A program made the position numbers and the translations under genes. This document shows, in pieces, positions 8,694 through 16,396 of a DNA stretch of 64,000 bases; positions within the stretch are counted from its first letter, which is position 1; each line of letters begins with the position of its first letter. The DNA is from a virus (taxonomy: Duplodnaviria > Caudoviricetes), in the IMG/VR virus record IMGVR_UViG_3300025450_001231; one strand, written 5' to 3'. The notes under the pieces were generated by a model, which searched no databases, had not been told where the DNA came from, and was given only the letters and a program-made list of their open reading frames with translations.

Positions 8694-10931
8694 ATGCTAC
8701 AAAACAATCCAGACATTGACTCTATTATCGAAGTTGCTACAAAAATAGCACAAAGTAAAAACCACGAATATGTAACCTTGGAACATTTATTGTTGTCTAT
8801 GGTAACGTATCAGCCATTTACAGAAACTCTATCATCATTTGGTTGTATTGTTGACGAAATGCAAAGAGAAATAGACACATATTTAGACAAACAAACATAT
8901 TTGAGCAACAAAGGGTTCGACCCGGTTCCCAAGAAAACTCATAGCCTAGAACGTGTATTCAACCGTGCATTCACACAGGTACTGTTCAGTGGCAGACAAA
9001 CAATGCAATTGGTTGATTTGTATTTGAGTTTAATGAACGAAGAACGCAGTCACGTAAGATACTTTTTACTCAAGTACGGAGTCGAGCGTGCTGCATTTGT
9101 GGAACATTGGAATAAAGTCAACGATTCACCTAAAGATGGAAAAAGCAAAAGGAGCAGATCTGCAGTGGACGGTATTTTAGAAGAACATTGCGAAAATCTA
9201 AACGAGCAAGCCGAGCGTGGGGAAATTGATCCTGTTATTGGTAGAGAGCTTGAAATCGAAGAAATCACACAGGTACTGGCTAAACGTAATAAATCAAATG
9301 TACTAATGGTAGGCGATCCTGGTGTAGGTAAAACTGCTATTGCAGAAGGCCTTGCACGTAATATTGTTAACGGCAATGTACCTGAATATTTGAAAGGGTT
9401 CGTAGTTTACAATTTAGATATTGGCAGTTTACTTGCTGGTAGTAAGTATCGCGGCGAATTCGAAGAAAAACTCAAGGATGTTATTCGTGCATTGAATACC
9501 AAAGGCAAGTGTATTTTGTTTATCGACGAAGCACATCAAATGAAAGGTGCAGGCGGCGGAGCACAAAGTAGTGTGGACTTTGCTAATATGATTAAACCAG
9601 CACTTACCAAAGGACGTATTAAAGTTATTGCTAGTACAACGTGGGAAGAATATACACAAAGTTTTGAAAAGGATCGTGCACTAATGCGCAGATTCTATAG
9701 ACTAACTGTAGAGGAACCTACCCCAGCGGTTGCTAAAGATATTCTTAAAGGATTGAAAGTGCATTTTGAAGCGTTTCACGGTGGTATGATTACCGATGAA
9801 GCCATTAACTCAGCAGTAGATCTCAGTGTGCGTTATCAAACAGACAAACGCTTGCCCGACAAGGCAATTGACTTAATCGATACTGCGGCTGCAAAACTTA
9901 AAATTGTTGCCCCAGACTTTATTGTACGCAAGAGTCATATTATCGATACACTCAGCAAGTTTACCAAGATTCCAGTGGATCAAATGGATCAACAGGGCAA
10001 CAATAGTTTAGAAAAATTGGAACCCAATATCAAAACTAAACTGTTTGGACAAGATGCTGCAGTAGATGCTGTATTAGATAAAATTTATGTAAGCCGTGCT
10101 GGACTTAAATCAATTAACAAGCCTGTGGGCAGTTTCTTGTTCTTGGGCCCAACAGGTACAGGTAAAACTGAACTTGCTAAATTGTTAGCCGAAAACTTAG
10201 GAATGAAACTGTTACGCTATGATATGAGTGAGTATCAAGAAAAGCACAGTATTGCCAAGTTGATTGGTGCACCTCCTGGATATATTGGCTACGATGATGG
10301 CAATATCGGTGGCGGATTACTGATCAGTGATGTTGAAAAGAATCCTAACTGTGTTATCTTATTTGATGAAATTGAAAAAGCACACACTGATGTCAGTAAC
10401 CTGTTGTTAAGTTTAATGGATGAGGGTATTATTACCAGCAGTAACGGCAAAAAAGCAGACTGCAGAAACGCCATTGTTATTTTAACCAGTAACTTAGGTG
10501 CTGCAGACGGGGAAAGAAATAGCATTGGCTTTGGTAGAGATCTTGAGCGCAAAGGCGAAGACGATAAAGCAGTTAAAGATTTCTTTAAGCCTGAGTTCCG
10601 TAATCGTTTGGATGCAATTATTAAGTTTAACAAGCTGAATAAAGAAAGCATTAAGAAAATTACTATTAGATTTATCAATGAGATGAATGACCTATTAGGC
10701 AACAAACAAATTACTGTTGCATTAACAGAAACAGCATACGATTATGTTATCAAAGAAGGTTTTGATAGTAAAATGGGTGCAAGACCATTGAATAGAAAAA
10801 TTAATGATTTAATTAAAACTCCGCTAAGTAAAAAGATACTATTTGAAAATATTTCAAACAGCATAATCAGAGTTGACTATACTGATAAAATTGAATTCCA
10901 TATTGAAAATCAATTTGCACCAACAACCTAA
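8694..10931 (+). CDS. clpA: ClpA-type AAA+ unfoldase
   Basis: N-domain HEYVTLEHLL; NBD1 GDPGVGKT / LFIDEAH; NBD2 GPTGTGKTE / ILFDEIEKAH; KPEFRNRLD; MGARPL. Confidence 0.93.
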   Translation: MLQNNPDIDSIIEVATKIAQSKNHEYVTLEHLLLSMVTYQPFTETLSSFGCIVDEMQREIDTYLDKQTYLSNKGFDPVPKKTHSLERVFNRAFTQVLFSGRQTMQLVDLYLSLMNEERSHVRYFLLKYGVERAAFVEHWNKVNDSPKDGKSKRSRSAVDGILEEHCENLNEQAERGEIDPVIGRELEIEEITQVLAKRNKSNVLMVGDPGVGKTAIAEGLARNIVNGNVPEYLKGFVVYNLDIGSLLAGSKYRGEFEEKLKDVIRALNTKGKCILFIDEAHQMKGAGGGAQSSVDFANMIKPALTKGRIKVIASTTWEEYTQSFEKDRALMRRFYRLTVEEPTPAVAKDILKGLKVHFEAFHGGMITDEAINSAVDLSVRYQTDKRLPDKAIDLIDTAAAKLKIVAPDFIVRKSHIIDTLSKFTKIPVDQMDQQGNNSLEKLEPNIKTKLFGQDAAVDAVLDKIYVSRAGLKSINKPVGSFLFLGPTGTGKTELAKLLAENLGMKLLRYDMSEYQEKHSIAKLIGAPPGYIGYDDGNIGGGLLISDVEKNPNCVILFDEIEKAHTDVSNLLLSLMDEGIITSSNGKKADCRNAIVILTSNLGAADGERNSIGFGRDLERKGEDDKAVKDFFKPEFRNRLDAIIKFNKLNKESIKKITIRFINEMNDLLGNKQITVALTETAYDYVIKEGFDSKMGARPLNRKINDLIKTPLSKKILFENISNSIIRVDYTDKIEFHIENQFAPTT

Positions 10932-10940
10932 TAGACAGAA

Positions 10941-11678
10941 ATGGATAAATTGCACTGGACCCAATTAAATCCATCACTTGAAATTAAAAATACCAAGAAG
11001 AAGTTTTTCAATCGGTATCTTTATAAAGCAGTGGTGTTTATGCCAGCCGGTAGAATTATTCACGCGACTTCAAAAGAGTCAACTGACGCATTGTTGGAAA
11101 CAAGAAAAACCATTGCGTTTAGTAATAGAAATATAAATTGGGGCGGCAGTTGGCAAAAGCGTCAAGTTGAAACTATAATAAAACATCAAGGTTCAGCTGA
11201 ACAAATAGATTATTTTAGACAACTGACTATCAAATTAGGTGACGATTTTAAGTTTAGAATCGAAGAACCCTATATGTCTATATACGCACAAGATGAATCT
11301 GCTTTATATAAAATATTAATTTCGTCACCGTTGAAAGAACGAGTGACTGAATTTTATAGGCCTGAAAATCCCGAAGCTGAAAAAGTATTAAATCAAGGCG
11401 AAATCATTGTTAAAAGAAATACAGAGTACGAATACAAAGTTGTATTTCGTGAAATGTATTGGGGCAATGTAGCCGAAAAGAATCAAATATATGACTATTT
11501 AGAAAGTCTGGGCGATGTAGTTAAATTGACAAAAAGTTGTAGAAGTACACTTGCGTCAAAAAGATCCTGGTTTAACAGCATTTACTTTTATACCAAAGAT
11601 CCCAGCATATTGACATTCTTGAATTTGATTTCTCCGGGAATCGTATCAGGAATATATAAGCTGACGAAACTCGACTGA
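10941..11678 (+). CDS. Hypothetical phage protein
   Basis: 245 aa ORF. Confidence 0.7.
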   Translation: MDKLHWTQLNPSLEIKNTKKKFFNRYLYKAVVFMPAGRIIHATSKESTDALLETRKTIAFSNRNINWGGSWQKRQVETIIKHQGSAEQIDYFRQLTIKLGDDFKFRIEEPYMSIYAQDESALYKILISSPLKERVTEFYRPENPEAEKVLNQGEIIVKRNTEYEYKVVFREMYWGNVAEKNQIYDYLESLGDVVKLTKSCRSTLASKRSWFNSIYFYTKDPSILTFLNLISPGIVSGIYKLTKLD

Positions 11679-11704
11679 TAAATATTTGTATATTCAAGGA
11701 GCCT

Positions 11705-11881
11705 ATGATGGCAAAAATCTACGAAGAATCAATTACGATTAAATTAAGTGTATTGGAAAAAGACAACACGATTGCCGACAGACAATCGCTAGTAACCGAC
11801 GACATTACATCTGCATTAGAATCAGTAGTGGAAGAACTATTAAACGACAAATCTGTTGTCGTTGAAGTATCAACAAATTAA
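11705..11881 (+). CDS. Small hypothetical protein absent from the ORF track (58 aa, MMAKIYEESITIKLSVLEKD...)
   Basis: Late motif TAAATA at 11679-11684, SD AAGGAG, ATG 11705, TAA 11879-11881. Confidence 0.75.
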   Translation: MMAKIYEESITIKLSVLEKDNTIADRQSLVTDDITSALESVVEELLNDKSVVVEVSTN

Positions 11882-11897
11882 CCAAAGAAAGTAATCA

Positions 11898-12860
11898 ATG
11901 AGCAATAAAACTCCTCCAAAAGCTACCCAAGTACAACCAAAACTTACTGGGGCAACACCAATTCCAAAGCTTACAAAAGCAATTATGCCTGTACCAGGTG
12001 CCGCAAAAACACAACCGCAAGCACCAGCAGGTCAACAATTTGACTTTACAAAAGTACACGTACATTTCGCAGTTCCTTGCTACGGTGGTATGGTTAGTGA
12101 ACCAACAATGACCAGCTTCTTGAGATTTACTCTTATTGCAGCCAAAGTAGGTCTTAACTGGAGTTTGGACACAATGGTTAATGAATCATTGGTAACTCGT
12201 GCACGTAATAACTTGTGTGCTAAGATGATGACCAACGATGCAGCAACACACTTTATGTTCATTGATGCTGACATACGTTTCGAGCCAGAAGCTATTTTTG
12301 GTATGATTGCAGCTGATAAAGATGTTATCGGCGGATTGTATCCTAAGAAATCATTGCCTATTGACTATGTTATTAACTTGAAAAACGGCGGACGTATTGA
12401 AGGCCCAATCTTCCAAGTTGATACACAAGGTACTGGATTCTTGTTGTTCAAGAAATCAGTATACAAGCAGTTGTGTGACAATCATCCAGAGTGCAAATAC
12501 GTTGATGACATTGGTTTAGGCAAGCAGTTTGAGCCATTTATGTACAGTATTTTTGATACTATCATCGACGAGCGTGGTCATTATTTGAGCGAAGACTGGA
12601 CATTCTGCCGTCGTTGGCAAGCAATGGGTGGCGATATTTGGGCCGATAGCCGTGTATTGTTGAATCACATTGGACACTATGAGTTCAAGGGCGATTTGGC
12701 AGCACTTGAGCGTAAAGGTCTCAAGCGTGTTGACACCAGCACTCCAGAGGGCAAAGCTGCAGTTGAAGCACAAATGGCCGCAGCGGCTGCTGCACAAGCC
12801 GAAGCTAATGCTGCCAGTGCATCTGCTGATGCTCCACAAACAGACGAAACCCCAGCTTAA
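11898..12860 (+). CDS. GT-A fold glycosyltransferase-like protein
   Basis: AVPCYGG, ESLVTRARN, HFMFIDADIRF (DxD), YLSEDWTFCRRW, HIGHYEF; disordered ends. Confidence 0.75.
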   Translation: MSNKTPPKATQVQPKLTGATPIPKLTKAIMPVPGAAKTQPQAPAGQQFDFTKVHVHFAVPCYGGMVSEPTMTSFLRFTLIAAKVGLNWSLDTMVNESLVTRARNNLCAKMMTNDAATHFMFIDADIRFEPEAIFGMIAADKDVIGGLYPKKSLPIDYVINLKNGGRIEGPIFQVDTQGTGFLLFKKSVYKQLCDNHPECKYVDDIGLGKQFEPFMYSIFDTIIDERGHYLSEDWTFCRRWQAMGGDIWADSRVLLNHIGHYEFKGDLAALERKGLKRVDTSTPEGKAAVEAQMAAAAAAQAEANAASASADAPQTDETPA

Positions 12861-12870
12861 CTAATTTGGC

Positions 12871-12904
12871 TAAATACTGCAATATAATTAAATTATTGCA
12901 GTAT
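12871..12904 (+). promoter_or_regulatory. Late promoter overlapping an 11-bp hairpin that covers the start codon
   Basis: TAAATA 12871-12876; arms ATACTGCAATA (12874-12884) and TATTGCAGTAT (12894-12904); ATG at 12903. Confidence 0.7.
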
Positions 12905-15122
12905 GTACTCATTTGAACTATTTGAAGCTGGCGCAACCCGTATAGTTGTAACCTACCCCGGACGTTTTCAACCCTTCCATCAAGGGCACGCCGGGGTTTT
13001 TCACGCACTCCAAAAAAAGTTTGGTAATGACAATGTGTATATTGTTACCAGCAATGATCAAAGCAGTGCCAAAAGTCCTTTTAATTTCAGCGACAAATAT
13101 CAGTTAATGACTGCTGCAGGTATCCCTGCCAATCATATCATTGAAGGCAATCAAATGTACAAATTGCCCGAAGGTTTTGATCCTGAGACTACAGTATTTG
13201 TTACTGCAGTGGGTGCACCTGATGCCAAAAGATTAAACCCCGATTCTTATCTAAAGCGTGATAATGCTGCTTCAGGCAAAAAAGCCGGAGATCCCAGTTA
13301 CTTTTTAACTTGGGGGAAGAATGATGCAATGCCTGCTATGGAACACGGCTATGTAGTTGTAGTTCCTGAAATCAAAAAATCAATTGATATCGACGGACAA
13401 ACATACGATGTTAGCCATGGCACTGAATGCCGTAATCTATGGCTAAGACTAAAAGATAACGAAAAAGGTCGTGCAGAATTCCTAAAACAGTTGTATGGCC
13501 GTGCTACACCAGAATTAGCACACATATTTGATAAAATACAACCTGTTAGTGAAGATGAAATGCCTGACGGCGATTACAGTACTAGTCCTATACACGGCGG
13601 TAATGTAAGAGAAGATGCCAGTGGATATATTCCTAAGAATAAAAAAGAAGCACGCGATCCACGTTGGAGCAATGCACTAACCGTAGACGTGCATCCAGAC
13701 ACTCCAATGAAGAACCTACGTGCATTTAAGTTAGCAGAAACTGTCAACCCAGACGATTTTCATATACACGACACTGACAAGCTGGATCGTGTATTGGCAC
13801 ATTTGTGTAAAATGATTATACAAGGTCAACAGGATCGTCCGGACTACTACGGTATGGTTGCATCGGCAGTAATTGATCCAAAAAATCAAATTGCATTGGG
13901 TATAAATTATCTTGCCGACGAAGGCAAACGTGTGCACGGCGAACGTGCAGCTATAGACGAGTATAATAAAAAATACGGCGAGATTCCCGAAGGCAGTATC
14001 ATTGTTACTACACTAAGCCCTTGTTGCAGTCCAATGGATGAGCGTTACGGTGAAAGTTGCACAGACCTTATCAATGATACCAATGTACACAAAGTTTACT
14101 GTGGTTACAAAGATCCTTCACAAGAAGAAACAATTAAAAAATTATTCCATACTGCAGCTACTCGAAATGATAAACTACAGTCGTTATGCAAAGACTTTGC
14201 CGATACATTCTTGGGTGTAATCAGCGAAGACGAAGAAGGCGGCCGTGCAATGATGGGCAAGTTGGCTGACACAGGTAAGATTGTGCGCATACTGCGTAAG
14301 CAATATTCAGTGCCGTTTAGCCAAGAAAAAGAATGGTTATTGATTGATACTGACCCTGAAAAAGGCAATCGCGGCCTAGGTATCAAGTGGGTACCTGCTA
14401 GTACCAAGTTTACTTGGATTCGTCCTTTTAGAGAAAAGATTGACGAAAACAAAGACAGTTGGCAAAAACATAAAAATCCACGTGCAGGTGGAATGAGTAA
14501 AAAAGCAGTAAAAAGCTATCGTCGTAGTCATCCAGGCAGTAAAATCAAAACTGCAGTTACCAAATCTCCTAAGAAGATTAAAAAAGGCAGTGCAGATGCC
14601 AAACGTCGTAGTAGTTTTTGTGCACGTATGAAAGGTATGAAAAAGAGTCGTACCAGTGCTAAAACCGCACGAGATCCTAACAGTAATATAAACAAAAGCC
14701 TGCGTCGTTGGCATTGTAACGAAAGCATCAACTCTAATAGTGATGCAGAGTTTCCAAATTTATTGGCCAAGTTTTTGCCTATAGCAATGCAGGATTTGAA
14801 ACTTGATAAGTTGCCTAAAATCAAGTTGGAGAAACACATTCAAGACAAAGACGGACAAGCAACTTTTGGACGTTTTGTCAACAACACCTGTACTATACAC
14901 CTTGCTATAGCTGATCGTCATCCAGTGGATATTTTACGCACTTTGGCACACGAATTAACACACTACAAACAATATACACTCAATGAACTAACTTCTGGCA
15001 GTGGACGTACTGGTAGTCCTGAAGAAAACCAAGCACACGTTATGGCGGGTATTATTATGCGTCATTTTAACAAGAGTTTTCCCACTGGAGTTAACTTAAC
15101 TCCAATTGAATTAAAATCTTAA
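12903..15122 (+). CDS. Multi-module protein: HIGH nucleotidyltransferase + Zn deaminase + basic DUF6321-like module + HEXXH metallopeptidase
   Basis: YPGRFQPFHQGH; RVHGERAAI...TTLSPCC...ESC; AGGMSKKAVKSYRR...RRSSFCARM...SLRRWHC; ILRTLAHELTHYKQ. Confidence 0.75.
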   Translation: MYSFELFEAGATRIVVTYPGRFQPFHQGHAGVFHALQKKFGNDNVYIVTSNDQSSAKSPFNFSDKYQLMTAAGIPANHIIEGNQMYKLPEGFDPETTVFVTAVGAPDAKRLNPDSYLKRDNAASGKKAGDPSYFLTWGKNDAMPAMEHGYVVVVPEIKKSIDIDGQTYDVSHGTECRNLWLRLKDNEKGRAEFLKQLYGRATPELAHIFDKIQPVSEDEMPDGDYSTSPIHGGNVREDASGYIPKNKKEARDPRWSNALTVDVHPDTPMKNLRAFKLAETVNPDDFHIHDTDKLDRVLAHLCKMIIQGQQDRPDYYGMVASAVIDPKNQIALGINYLADEGKRVHGERAAIDEYNKKYGEIPEGSIIVTTLSPCCSPMDERYGESCTDLINDTNVHKVYCGYKDPSQEETIKKLFHTAATRNDKLQSLCKDFADTFLGVISEDEEGGRAMMGKLADTGKIVRILRKQYSVPFSQEKEWLLIDTDPEKGNRGLGIKWVPASTKFTWIRPFREKIDENKDSWQKHKNPRAGGMSKKAVKSYRRSHPGSKIKTAVTKSPKKIKKGSADAKRRSSFCARMKGMKKSRTSAKTARDPNSNINKSLRRWHCNESINSNSDAEFPNLLAKFLPIAMQDLKLDKLPKIKLEKHIQDKDGQATFGRFVNNTCTIHLAIADRHPVDILRTLAHELTHYKQYTLNELTSGSGRTGSPEENQAHVMAGIIMRHFNKSFPTGVNLTPIELKS

Positions 15123-15152
15123 TAAATATAGTATCATCTGGGATAGTATACA

Positions 15153-15659
15153 ATGAACAGCAAAGATTTTTTACACGAAGGTATTGCGGAAGACGCACAT
15201 CAAATGCACATGGATCACGAAGTGCAAATGGCCCGCGAAGAGCTTTATCACGCTGCAGAACACGCAATTGCTCTGCACAAAATGTTGCAACACGTTAGCG
15301 AGCAACAGGGATTGGAAGGCTGGGTAAGTGCTAAAATTACGCTAGCCAATGACTATTTGAATACAGTCCGTGAGTATATGGAATACCAGTTAATGACACA
15401 GGACTCAACTCCTACAGATATGAGCCAAGAAGAACCAATCGACGAGCGCAACTCCATTGTTACCAAGTTAGCTAAAAATCAATTGCGCGGACATTACAGA
15501 CACGGTGTTAGAGAAAATGCCAGTGGTGGTGCAAGCAGTGCAGGCAGTGTTGCTACTGTAGTCAAAGGCGGTAGTGGCAAAACAAATTTATTAGGCGGCC
15601 CAGAGTGGAATGGTCCTAATCCATTTAAGAAAACTATTAAGAAACGAGCTGCCAAATGA
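15153..15659 (+). CDS. Modular hypothetical protein (probable virion-internal)
   Basis: TAAATA at 15123-15128; helical module DHEVQMAREELY...WVSAKITLANDY and an ENASGGASSAGSVA module. Confidence 0.65.
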   Translation: MNSKDFLHEGIAEDAHQMHMDHEVQMAREELYHAAEHAIALHKMLQHVSEQQGLEGWVSAKITLANDYLNTVREYMEYQLMTQDSTPTDMSQEEPIDERNSIVTKLAKNQLRGHYRHGVRENASGGASSAGSVATVVKGGSGKTNLLGGPEWNGPNPFKKTIKKRAAK

Positions 15660-16396
15660 GTTCAATGAAGCAGTTATTGGAAGCAGTCGACAAATATACT
15701 TTTGCCGGTGAGCCCGAGCAAAAGCCTGGAGACCAAGTTCGAGGCACAGACAAAGCCAAGCCAAGAAAAGATCACCGTCATCCATTTGCTGGTAAGTTGG
15801 TGGGTGGATGCGAAGAAAGCATTATGCTTGAGCTGGACAAAACTGCCAAAGCTACTTCAATGATTCGTCGTGTCAAAGAAGCATACGAACAAGTTGAAAA
15901 TTCAGAACCCAAGGCAGCTCCTAAAGACACAGTTGCTAAAACTTGGAACCAATTGAATCGCCAAGAACGCACAAGCGGTGTTAAAGGTCGCACTATTTGG
16001 AATCCGAAAATTCGCAAATATCAAGTGGTGTTTGATGTTCCTGCAAAACCACAACAAGTTAAAGAATACGGTGCAACACCAGGTGCTCCCAGTACCACAG
16101 GTGGTGCACAAAACCCAGATGCACAAACTACAGCTGCAAATGTACAAAAATCAATGATGGCCAAAAATAATCTCAGTAAGATTGCATCGGTTGATAAGAA
16201 TATCAATCCACAACAGGCCAATCAAGCATTGATGGCAATGGGCAATAGTAAAAATACCAATACACCTATTACTGGTCCACAACTAAGACAAACCAAACAA
16301 CTGGCAGACTTGGTAGGCGATGCACTCAGTGATCCTACCAAAGGTAGCCAAGTTGCTAACTTATTGCAACAAGTAGCAAGAAAGCAAGGACAATAA
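15656..16396 (+). CDS. Modular hypothetical protein (probable virion-internal)
   Basis: 246 aa, ATGA-coupled; Gln/Asn/Ala-rich C-terminal module. Confidence 0.65.
   Translation: MSSMKQLLEAVDKYTFAGEPEQKPGDQVRGTDKAKPRKDHRHPFAGKLVGGCEESIMLELDKTAKATSMIRRVKEAYEQVENSEPKAAPKDTVAKTWNQLNRQERTSGVKGRTIWNPKIRKYQVVFDVPAKPQQVKEYGATPGAPSTTGGAQNPDAQTTAANVQKSMMAKNNLSKIASVDKNINPQQANQALMAMGNSKNTNTPITGPQLRQTKQLADLVGDALSDPTKGSQVANLLQQVARKQGQ

Noticed and set aside
15123-15152. Start-sequestering hairpin like the one at 12874
   Set aside because: TATAGTATC / GATAGTATA has a central mismatch, is AT-only and weak, and does not reach the ATG.
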